Source of the DNA: an uncultured Acidobacteriota bacterium
GTDB taxonomy: Bacteria > Acidobacteriota > Vicinamibacteria > Vicinamibacterales > 2-12-FULL-66-21
Assembly (NCBI GenBank): GCA_963725325.1
Contig: CAVRYF010000006.1
Coordinates: 95,993-159,992 of the forward strand
Direction of reading: 5' to 3'
DNA: 64,000 nucleotides
A program made the translations under genes and the position numbers. Below, piece by piece: positions 27,923-35,979 of this stretch. How positions within the stretch are numbered: position 1 is the stretch's first letter; every line of letters begins with the position of its first letter. Below the pieces are notes generated by a model. That model was not told the origin of the DNA. It worked only from the letters and a program-made list of their open reading frames with translations, and ran no database searches.

Positions 27923-28980
27923 GCACGAGGGCGAGCGGGCTGTCGGACGCGGCGGTGAGTCGCCTCCGGGCGCTGGGCCGATGGCCGGAGTTCGAGTCCG
28001 GCCGCTACTCGGTCACGGAAGAAATCGGCCGCGGCGGCATGGGCACCGTCTTCCTCGCCGTCGACGAGGAGCTCGGCCGAGAAGTCGCGATCAAGATTCC
28101 CAACGCGCTCGCCAGCTCGGACCTCGAACGCCGGCTGCGAAGCGAAGCCCGCATCCTCGCCAGGCTCGAACACCCCGGCATCGTCCCGATTCACGACGCC
28201 GGCCGGCTCGCCGATGGCCGCCTCTTCTACGTCATGAAGCGGGTCAGGGGCCGGACGTTGAACGAGTGCCTCCAGGAGGTTCGCGATCGGACCGAGCGGC
28301 TGCGGATCTTCGAACGCATCTGTGAACCGGTCGCCTTCGCACACGCGCAGGGCTTCATCCATCGGGACCTCAAGCCGGAGAACGTCATGGTGGGGGCCTT
28401 TGGCGAGGTGATGGTGATGGATTGGGGGATAGCTAAGGCAGTCGGCAGTCTTCAGTCTTCGGTCGGCAGTCACAGTCTTCAGTCTCAGTCGACAGTTCCC
28501 GTCGACAGTTCCAGTCGACAGTCCGAGTCCGCAGTCCCAGTCCCCGGTCCGACCGAAACCGGCGACGGGACGGTCGTCGGAACCGTGGGCTTCATGGCGC
28601 CGGAGCAGGCGCGGGGAGCTGTCGCGGATGTCGACGAGCGGGCGGACGTGTATGGGCTGGGGGCGATTCTGTTTCTGTTGCTGACGGATCGCCTTCCTGA
28701 TGCGAATCCGTCGGAGAGTCTACGGGTGATGAATGTTCCGCGGCCGCTCGCGGCCATCTGCGCCAGGGCGCTGGCGGTCGAGCCCTCCGCGCGGTATCAG
28801 CGTGTGACGGCGCTCGAGGAAGACGTGGTGCGTTACCGGGACAACCGGAAGGTGGATGCGTATCGGGAAACCGTGGTCGAACGGGCGCTCAGGTTCGGAC
28901 GCACGTATCGAACGGCTATCCTGCTCGTGCTGGCTTACATCGTCATGCGGGCCGCGGTGGCGTTTTTTGCACGCTGGTAA
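27919..28980 (+). CDS. Ser/Thr protein kinase with C-terminal TM anchor and ~40-aa Ser-rich activation-loop insertion
   Basis: Kinase motifs GRGGMGTVFLA, VAIKIP, HRDLKPEN, DWGIAK and GFMAPE, with a C-terminal TM segment AILLVLAYIVMRAAVAFFA. The GTG start at 27919 overlaps the sigma stop. Confidence 0.85.
   Translation: MSTRASGLSDAAVSRLRALGRWPEFESGRYSVTEEIGRGGMGTVFLAVDEELGREVAIKIPNALASSDLERRLRSEARILARLEHPGIVPIHDAGRLADGRLFYVMKRVRGRTLNECLQEVRDRTERLRIFERICEPVAFAHAQGFIHRDLKPENVMVGAFGEVMVMDWGIAKAVGSLQSSVGSHSLQSQSTVPVDSSSRQSESAVPVPGPTETGDGTVVGTVGFMAPEQARGAVADVDERADVYGLGAILFLLLTDRLPDANPSESLRVMNVPRPLAAICARALAVEPSARYQRVTALEEDVVRYRDNRKVDAYRETVVERALRFGRTYRTAILLVLAYIVMRAAVAFFARW
28436..28550. repeat. CAGTC-word array inside the kinase CDS
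   Basis: ggcagtc ggcagtc ttcagtc ttcggtc ggcagtc acagtc ttcagtc tcagtc gacagttcccgtc gacagttccagtc gacagtccgagtcc gcagtcc cagtcc. It encodes SLQSSVGSHSLQSQSTVPVDSSSRQSESAVPVPG. Confidence 0.85.
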
Positions 28981-28998
28981 GGCGGATCATTCCGAAGA

Positions 28999-29215
28999 AC
29001 AACGGGACGCGGATTACGCGCATCACTACGGGACGCGGATTACGCGGATCGCCAAGGGACGGGGATTGCGCGGATTCAACACTGGACGCCGAGTGCGAGG
29101 ATCAGTTGGGTCTTCTGAGAACGGAGAGCGTTCTTGGTCAAACTTGAAGATGCGCGCGATCCGCGTAATCCGCGTCCCGTTGAATTGAGTGATCCGCGTT
29201 CCCGCTGATCGGGCC
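28999..29215. repeat. ~215-nt word-repeat hairpin (GGACGCGGATTACGCG-type words)
   Basis: The left arm is three degenerate copies of gggacgcggattacgcg (29003-29080). The right arm is cgcgcgatccgcgtaatccgcgtccc...gatccgcgttccc (29152-29212). The apex holds an inner hairpin, agaacg-gagag-cgttct. Confidence 0.85.
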
Positions 29216-29263
29216 GTACAATCCGCGATGCGAGCACGTAAGAGGACAGTTGGAGGACATGGC

Positions 29264-29626
29264 ATGAACAAACCGGTATTGGGACTGTTGCTCGGCGGCG
29301 TGCTTGGAATCTTCGACGGCCTCAGCGCGCTCATCTCCGCGCCGGAAGTTGCACCGGGGATCGTCGGGATCGTCATCGGGTCGATGTTCAAGGGCATCGT
29401 GGCTGGCGCCATCATCGGCTACATCGCCACGCGCGTGCGTTCGCAACAGACGTTGCTGCTTGCCGGCCTGGCGGTGGGCGCCTTCTTCGCGTTCATCATC
29501 GCTGCCATTCCGCAGCCGGACGGCACGCACTACTGGTGGCAGATCATGCTGCCGGGCAGCGTCCTCGGACTCATCGTCGGGTACGCGACGCAACGTTATG
29601 GGAGTTCGCGACGAATGACATCCTGA
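29264..29626 (+). CDS. small Gly-rich integral membrane protein (120 aa)
   Basis: GGAGGA lies 5 nt upstream of the ATG at 29264. There are four hydrophobic segments with GxxxG-type glycine zippers. Confidence 0.65.
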   Translation: MNKPVLGLLLGGVLGIFDGLSALISAPEVAPGIVGIVIGSMFKGIVAGAIIGYIATRVRSQQTLLLAGLAVGAFFAFIIAAIPQPDGTHYWWQIMLPGSVLGLIVGYATQRYGSSRRMTS

Positions 29627-29639
29627 GGCGATGGCTATC

Positions 29640-29900
29640 GGCGTCACATATTGCGCTCGGCAGCCTGGCCACGACTGGCATTGCGACGCTCGTCGACGCT
29701 ACGTCCTCCTCGGCGTGATCGGTGCCGGATGGGCTGGAGTGGCCCTCGGGGTTTACTCTATGACGTCGGGCTTTCGACCTGTGGGCATTTGGCGGCGTGC
29801 TGGCCATCCTGGCTATTGTGACGCTTTTGGCCGGCATCATCCCGGCACGCCGTGTGGCGTCGGTCGATCCGCTCATCGTGCTGAGAGCGGAGCCCCTGTG
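29640..29900 (+). pseudogene. frameshifted C-terminal remnant of an FtsX/ADOP-family permease
   Basis: The last frame reads FDLWAFGGVLAILAIVTLLAGIIPARRVASVDPLIVLRAEPL*, the canonical permease C-terminus (compare LLPAHRAATVDPAAALRGD at 33301). Upstream pieces such as IALGS and LLGVIGAG sit in other frames. Confidence 0.5.
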
Positions 29901-29916
29901 ACACGATCACTCCAGA

Positions 29917-31452
29917 GTGAGAATACCGAAGCGCGCCGTCATCGTTGCCGCCGTGATGCTCGTCGCCGTTGCGGGCCTCGCGCTCGCGGTGCGTGTGCTT
30001 CTCGGCGGGGATCGCATCAAAGCCGCGGTCGAAGCGCAGGCGTCTGCCGCCCTCGGCCGTCCGGTGACGATCCGGAGCGCCGTGCCGCGGCTGCTGCCGC
30101 GCATCGGCCTCGAGCTGGCCGGCATCTCCATCGGCGCCGGGCGTGAAGTCACCATCGATCAGGCGCGGCTGACGACGGGATTTCGCGCGCTCATGCGCGG
30201 CCGGGTCGAAGATGCCGAAATCTCGATCGAACGCAGCCGCATCGACCTGCGCTGGGCCCTCAGCCTGCTCGGCGCATTCGCGGACTCGGGCAGCAACGCC
30301 ACAAGAGCCACGCCGGCGGCGCTCCAGATTGACTCGATCGGGACGCTCGCCCTGCGCGACGTCACACTGGTCGCCGGTCACCGGACGCTCCTCGTGGATC
30401 TCGATTCGTCGCTGACCGGCGGCGATCGCTTCGTGGTCAGCCGGCTCCACGGCCGATCGGAGGGCTCGGAGCTGGTGGCCTCGGGCGCGCTCTCGAGCGT
30501 GGCACGGCGCACCGGAATGTTCACGCTCGACGCGCCGAGGCTCGACCTCGATGGCCTGATGGCATTCTTGGCCGCCGCGACGCCCGCCGGCGCGGCCCTG
30601 TCCGAGACTCCGGGCGCCCCGCCGGCTGCCGCTGTCCCGCTGCACCTCGACATCAGGGTTCGGGCACGTCAGGGCCGGGCGTTCGGCGCTGCGTTCACCA
30701 ACCTCGAGACGATGAGCCGCATGAACGGTGGAGCGGTGACGCTCGAAGGTTTGAAGATGGAGGTGTTCGGTGGCCGCTTTGCTGGCGGTGCCGGATTCGA
30801 TGGCCGTCAGCGTCAGCCGTCGTACGACTGGCGCGGCACGTTCGAGAACCTCGACGTGCCGGCGCTCGTCGCGTTTGCCGGCTCACCGGGATCGATGACC
30901 GGTCGGCTGGGCGGTTCGGTCGCGCTGTCCGCGATAGGCGTCGAGCCGCTCGAGGCCATCAAGAGGGCGCGCGGAACCGCCCGTGTCGTGATCACGGATG
31001 GAAAACTCCCGGGCCTGGAGATTGTCAGGAGCGTCGTGCTCGCGTTTGGACGGCCGTCGGGCGAGCGGCCGGCCGGGTCTGGTGAGGCATTCACGCGCCT
31101 GGCGGCCGCGCTGGCTGTGGGTGGACAGACACTGTCGACGGGCGATCTCACGCTGGCCTCCCGCGACCTCGACATGACGGGGAAGGGCACGCTGTCGCTC
31201 GTGTCGCAGGCCGTCGACCTGCATGCCGATCTCATGCTGTCGCGCGAGTTGAGCGCGCAGGCCGGACGGGACCTGTACCGCCTCGCGCGTGAGGGCGAGC
31301 GAATCGTGCTGCCTGCGCGGATCACCGGAACGGTTGCGTCGCCGACGGTCTTTGTCGACGTGCCGGCCGCGCTCAACCGCGCGATCCGCAACCGGGCCGA
31401 GGACGAAGTGAAGTCGTTTCTCGATCGGCTCGGGAAACGAATAAAGAAGTGA
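29917..31452 (+). CDS. AsmA family protein
   Basis: N-terminal TM segment plus RIKAAVEAQASAALGRPVTIRSAVPRLLPRIGLELAGISIG, and a C-terminal AsmA-like region. The start is GTG. Confidence 0.78.
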   Translation: MRIPKRAVIVAAVMLVAVAGLALAVRVLLGGDRIKAAVEAQASAALGRPVTIRSAVPRLLPRIGLELAGISIGAGREVTIDQARLTTGFRALMRGRVEDAEISIERSRIDLRWALSLLGAFADSGSNATRATPAALQIDSIGTLALRDVTLVAGHRTLLVDLDSSLTGGDRFVVSRLHGRSEGSELVASGALSSVARRTGMFTLDAPRLDLDGLMAFLAAATPAGAALSETPGAPPAAAVPLHLDIRVRARQGRAFGAAFTNLETMSRMNGGAVTLEGLKMEVFGGRFAGGAGFDGRQRQPSYDWRGTFENLDVPALVAFAGSPGSMTGRLGGSVALSAIGVEPLEAIKRARGTARVVITDGKLPGLEIVRSVVLAFGRPSGERPAGSGEAFTRLAAALAVGGQTLSTGDLTLASRDLDMTGKGTLSLVSQAVDLHADLMLSRELSAQAGRDLYRLAREGERIVLPARITGTVASPTVFVDVPAALNRAIRNRAEDEVKSFLDRLGKRIKK

Positions 31453-31461
31453 GCGATCTCT

Positions 31462-32403
31462 TCACGCCGCCGGCCTGAGCGGCGGGAGCCCCGCCTCGAT
31501 GCTCCTGCGGGAAGGCTCGAGCCAGGGCGGCAGCACGAGCGTCTCGCCCAGGTGCTCGCGGTCCTCGTCGACGGCGAATCCGGGGCCATCGGTCGCCAGC
31601 TCGAACAACACGCCTCCGGGCTCCTGAAAGTAAACCGACTTGAACCAGAAGCGATCGATCACCGGCGTCGCCTGGCGTCCGGCGGTTTCGACCTGGCCTC
31701 GCACGACGAGCTGATGCGTCTCGTCGTCCACGCGCCAGGCCAGATGGTGCACGCTGCCAACACCCCAGGCGCCGCGGCGCTCGTCGGACGCCTCGCGGAT
31801 GTCGAGCACACCCGTGGCGTTGTCGAAGCCGAAACGCGTCCAGCCGTTCTCCTCGGCGATCTTCCGGAAACCGAGAACAGAGGTCAGGAAGGCGGTCGTC
31901 GGCGTGAGGCTCCGTTCCCACAGCTGCGCGCTGTAGAGACCGCGCACCTGATGCTCCGGCTCGACGGTGCTGTGATCCCACGGCGAAAACGGACGATTGA
32001 ATGAACCGACAGGCTCGATGAGGGCGAGCCGGAGCCCATGGGGATCGACAAGCGACAACGTGCGCTCGCCGAATCTGGTCTCGATCGGGTTCACCCGTGC
32101 GCCGTAGGTCTCGAGGCGCTTTCCCCAGTACTCGAGGCTGCCCGACGGCACTTCCAGACCCACCTCGACGGCAAGCCCGTAACCGATCCGCGGCGGCGCC
32201 ATTTGCGCCCATGGAAAAAAGGTCAGATCCGTACCGGGATGTCCCTCGGCGTCGGCATAGAAGAGGTGGTAGGTGCCGGTGTCATCCTGGTTGACGCTCT
32301 TCTTGACGAGCCGCATCCCGAGGACGCCGCTGTAGAAGTCGAGGTTCTCCTGCGCGGGTCCGGAGATGGCAGTGATGTGGTGCAGGCCGTTGACGGGTCT
32401 CAT
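31462..32403 (-). CDS. ring-cleaving dioxygenase / VOC (glyoxalase) family protein
   Basis: The N-terminus GLHHITAISGPAQENLDFYSGVLGMRLVKKSVNQDD..YHLFYAD is typical of two-domain VOC dioxygenases. Confidence 0.85.
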   Translation of the reverse strand: MRPVNGLHHITAISGPAQENLDFYSGVLGMRLVKKSVNQDDTGTYHLFYADAEGHPGTDLTFFPWAQMAPPRIGYGLAVEVGLEVPSGSLEYWGKRLETYGARVNPIETRFGERTLSLVDPHGLRLALIEPVGSFNRPFSPWDHSTVEPEHQVRGLYSAQLWERSLTPTTAFLTSVLGFRKIAEENGWTRFGFDNATGVLDIREASDERRGAWGVGSVHHLAWRVDDETHQLVVRGQVETAGRQATPVIDRFWFKSVYFQEPGGVLFELATDGPGFAVDEDREHLGETLVLPPWLEPSRRSIEAGLPPLRPAA

Positions 32404-32423
32404 CAGGTGATTCTAGATCTGAT

Positions 32424-32465
32424 CAGGGCTCAGGGCTCAGGGCTCAGAGCCTTGAGCCTTGAGCC
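32424..32465. repeat. heptamer-word hairpin (CAGGGCT x3 / AGCCTTG x2)
   Basis: cagggctcagggctcagggctcag-agccttgagccttgagcc. The mismatches are G:U only if the + strand is read as RNA. Confidence 0.85.
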
Positions 32466-32480
32466 GGTTTACAGTAAGAC

Positions 32481-33249
32481 GTGCGCCGCGGTCCTATTCT
32501 CCTGCTCATCCTCGCCTGCGCTCTTGCAGCCTGGGCCCTCTACTCATACTGGACATCCGGATTCGTGTATGTCCTCGCGAGCGGCACGCCGGGTCAGGGG
32601 GCTTGGCTCGAGCGCGTGCGAGAGACCGTTGCCGGCTGGGGGCGGCTCGCGCCTCTTGTCTACACGTTGGCCGTCGTCGTCGAGGTCATCGTCGCGCCGA
32701 TTCCGGGCACGCTGCTCTACGCGCCCGCGGGCGCGATTTTCGGCGGGTTTATCGGCGGGTCGCTGTCGCTCGTCGGCAACGTCATCGGCGCGGCGATCTG
32801 CTGCGTGATCGGCCAGATGATCGGCGGGCGGGTGCTGGCCGAGCGCCTCGACGGCTCGCAGCTCGACCGATACCGCACGCGCCTCGAAAAGCGCGGGATG
32901 TGGCTGGTCCTGCTCCTTCGACTCAATCCGCTGACGACATCAGATCTCGGTGTCGTACGCCGCCGGTGTGGCGAGCGTGCCTGCGTGGAGAGTCGCCGTC
33001 GGCACCCTGTTCGGCCTGGCCCCCTGGTGCTACCTGCAGGCCTACTTCGCGGAACAAGTGTTCGAGTTCGTGCCCGGTCCCTACCTCATCGCCGGCGGTA
33101 TCGCCCTAATCATCATCGCCGTCGGCGTGGTTGCCGTCGGCAGCCGCCGGTCCGGGGACACTCAACCGGGACAGTCCCCAGGGACACTCAAAGGTGAGTG
33201 TCCCCAGGGACACCCAAGAGTGCCTGTCCCCGGGGACACCCAACAGTGA
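32481..33249 (+). pseudogene. TVP38/TMEM64 (DedA-related, VTT domain) membrane protein with a +1 frameshift near 32944-32950
   Basis: Frame 1 reads ...LLLRLNPLTTSDL and then turns Arg-rich. Frame 2 (ORF 32950..33249) continues the family sequence VSYAAGVASVPAWRVAVGTLFGLAPWCYLQAYFAEQ. One extra base lies in gatctcGgtgtcg. Confidence 0.65.
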
Positions 33250-33260
33250 TTGTCCGCGGC
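33152..33260. repeat. GGGGACAC-word hairpin cluster overlapping the 3' end of the TVP38-like gene
   Basis: Repeated ggggacac/gtgtcccc words. There is a perfect 10-bp stem, gggacactca-aagg-tgagtgtccc, at 33181-33204. Confidence 0.8.
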
Positions 33261-33300
33261 TCAAGGTTGGCAAATAGTTCGTACGTTCGGTCGCTCGACC

Positions 33301-35970
33301 TCAGTCGCCCCGTAGCGCGGCGGCCGGGTCGACGGTTGCGGCGCGGTGGGCGGGTAGCAGGCCGGCGAGGGTCGCGACGGCGAGCATGAGCGATCCGGCC
33401 GCTGCCAACGAAATCGCGTCAGTTGAGGTGACCTGATACAGCAACGTCCGAACGTAGCGTCCCAGCGCCAACGAGCCGCCCGCGCCCATTGCGATTCCGA
33501 TCAGGGCGACGGAGAGACAGTCGCGCAAGACGGCCCAGAGCACGGTCGCTTGCGAGGCGCCTAGCGCGAGTCTCAGCCCGATTTCCTTCGCCTGCCGGGA
33601 CACCGCGTAAGCGAGAAGACCGTACAGGCCGGCGCAGGCGAGGGTGAGCGCCGTGGCGCCGAGACCTGAGGCGAGCAGGGCCATGACCCGCTCCTTCACG
33701 AGCGATTGACGAATGCGATCGGCGACGGTCTCGATTCTGATCGGCACGCGGGCGTCGAGCGCCTGTGCCTCGCTCCGAATGCGCTCGACGATCGACGACG
33801 GCCGGCCGGCGGGCCGCATCTCGACGAACAAATTCCGATCGAGGTTCTCCTGTGTGATCGGAAGATACGCGATGCGACGGGCCGGTTCCTGCAGCGTCTG
33901 GTACTTGGAGTCCTGTACCAGACCGACGATCTCGAGGTTTCGCCGATGCTCGGCGCGGCCGATGCTGATGACGCGCCCGATCGGATTCTCATTCGGGAAG
34001 AACCGGCGCGCCAGCGACTCGTTGACGATGACCACCCGCGTGCCGGCCGGCGTATCGGTGGCCCCGAAGTCGCGCCCTCGCAGCACCCGCATGCCCAGCG
34101 TGCTGAAGTAGCCGGATGAGATCGCGTTGAAGTACACGTAACGCGACGCCTCCTCCTCCATTGGCCCGCCATCGACGGCGATACTTTGCGTCCAGTTGCC
34201 ATCCTCGTTGCTGATTGGCGGCATCATCGACAGGCTGGCTGATTCGACGCCGGGGAGTCCTGAGAGCCGCTCACGAAGCTGCGTGTAGTAGATGCCCAAT
34301 CGCTCGTCGTTGTATCCGGCGGCCTCCGCATCCATCGCGACGACCAGCACCTGGTCGCGGTCGAAGCCGGCGTCCTCGGCCAACACACTCGCGAGGCTGC
34401 GCACGAAGAGCGCCGCCCCGACCAGCAGCACCATCGTCACGGCCACCTGCGAGACGACGAGGACTCTGCCAGGTGACCAGCGTCTGAGAGAAGCGCTGCT
34501 GGCCTGTCCCGTTTCTTTGAGCGTCGGCACGGGACCGAGCCGAGTGGCGCGAAGTGCGGGAAACACCGAACCGATCACCACCGTGCCCAGCGTTAGTGAA
34601 AGTGCGAACAGCATCACCCGCCAGTTCGCGCTGACATCGAGGACGATAGGCGCGTCTCGAGAGGCCATCATGGCGACAAGCCCATTGCCCGCCCAGCCAG
34701 CGACGAGCACGCCGAGGCCGCCAGCGATCGCCGTCAACACCAGGGATTCGGTCAACAGCTGTCGCACGAGTCTGGCACGGCTTGCGCCAATGGCCAGCCG
34801 CACGGCGATCTCACGCTGACGCGCGACGCCTCGAGCCAGCAACAAGTTGGTTGCGCTGGCGCACGCAACCGCGAATAACAGCCCGACCAGCGCGAAGAGG
34901 ATCCACAGGGGCTCGGCGAACTGACGTCGGACGCGCGAGAAGCCGGCCGAGCCATCGAGGAGTTCCGTCTGCCTGCCCAGGTACTTGGCCCGTCGGTCGG
35001 CAGGTGCGCCAGGAGTCGTCGTGACCTCGAGCACGGCGGGCCAGATGCTCTTGAGGGCGACATTCGCCTGATCGGGGCTGACACCATCTCGCAGCCGTCC
35101 CATGAGGTGCAGCCATGAGCTCGTGGTTGATTTGAGCGCCCGCGAGTCCTGAATGGCCGTCAGGGGGATCGTGATTTCCGGAGCCAGTCCTGCCGCGACG
35201 CCAAAGAACCCGCGCGGCGCGACACCGACAATCGTGAACGGTCGACGATCGATGCGTACGATCCTGCCGATGACCGAGCCATCGCCGCCGAAACGGCGCT
35301 GCCAGCAGGCGTAGCTGATGGTCGCGACCAGCCCGCCCGCGCCTCCGCCAGGCTGGTCGTCCTCGACGCCGAAGGTCCGGCCGAGAGCGGCCTGGATGCC
35401 GAGCGTCGAGTAGAACTCGCCTGTTGCCAGCAGAACCTCGGCCGGCTCGAACTGGCCGTTCCAGTCCACGTTCACCGAGTCGAGGTTCCAGGCGAAGAAA
35501 CCAGAGAACATGCCGGTGCCGCGCGTACGCATCTCGCTGAAGATCGGGTAGGAAAAGCTCGGACTCGCGAAGTAGACCAGGCGTCCGGGATCGCGGACGG
35601 GGAGGGGCTTCAACACCAATCCGTCGACGAGGCCGAATACGCTGGTGGTTGCGGCGATGCCGAGCGACGTCACGAGGATGACGGCGGCCGAGAACGCCGG
35701 ATTCCTCCGCAGCGAGCGCAGCGCATACGCCACGTCCTGGCGCACGCCGTCGAGCCACGGCCAGATCCAGACGGAGCGCGCCTCTTCGCGTGCGAGCGTG
35801 ACGTTGCCGAGCGCGCGCCGGCTGGCACAGGCAGCGTCTTTCGCGGGCATCCCGGACCGTTCGAGGCGCTCCTGTTCCATCGCGCGATGGTTCTCGAGCT
35901 CTTCTGCCAGCTCCGCGTCGAATCGATGACGGCCGAGCCAGAACGCGACACGCCGGATCAACGTCCGCAT
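33301..35970 (-). CDS. ADOP-family duplicated MacB/FtsX-type permease
   Basis: 889 aa. The N-terminus is the family signature (FDAELAEELENHRAMEQERLERSGMPAKDAACASRRALGNVTLAREEARSVWIWPWLD). There are two FtsX halves, and the C-terminus is PAHRAATVDPAAALRGD. Confidence 0.9.
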   Translation of the reverse strand: MRTLIRRVAFWLGRHRFDAELAEELENHRAMEQERLERSGMPAKDAACASRRALGNVTLAREEARSVWIWPWLDGVRQDVAYALRSLRRNPAFSAAVILVTSLGIAATTSVFGLVDGLVLKPLPVRDPGRLVYFASPSFSYPIFSEMRTRGTGMFSGFFAWNLDSVNVDWNGQFEPAEVLLATGEFYSTLGIQAALGRTFGVEDDQPGGGAGGLVATISYACWQRRFGGDGSVIGRIVRIDRRPFTIVGVAPRGFFGVAAGLAPEITIPLTAIQDSRALKSTTSSWLHLMGRLRDGVSPDQANVALKSIWPAVLEVTTTPGAPADRRAKYLGRQTELLDGSAGFSRVRRQFAEPLWILFALVGLLFAVACASATNLLLARGVARQREIAVRLAIGASRARLVRQLLTESLVLTAIAGGLGVLVAGWAGNGLVAMMASRDAPIVLDVSANWRVMLFALSLTLGTVVIGSVFPALRATRLGPVPTLKETGQASSASLRRWSPGRVLVVSQVAVTMVLLVGAALFVRSLASVLAEDAGFDRDQVLVVAMDAEAAGYNDERLGIYYTQLRERLSGLPGVESASLSMMPPISNEDGNWTQSIAVDGGPMEEEASRYVYFNAISSGYFSTLGMRVLRGRDFGATDTPAGTRVVIVNESLARRFFPNENPIGRVISIGRAEHRRNLEIVGLVQDSKYQTLQEPARRIAYLPITQENLDRNLFVEMRPAGRPSSIVERIRSEAQALDARVPIRIETVADRIRQSLVKERVMALLASGLGATALTLACAGLYGLLAYAVSRQAKEIGLRLALGASQATVLWAVLRDCLSVALIGIAMGAGGSLALGRYVRTLLYQVTSTDAISLAAAGSLMLAVATLAGLLPAHRAATVDPAAALRGD

Positions 35971-35979
35971 GACGGTCTC

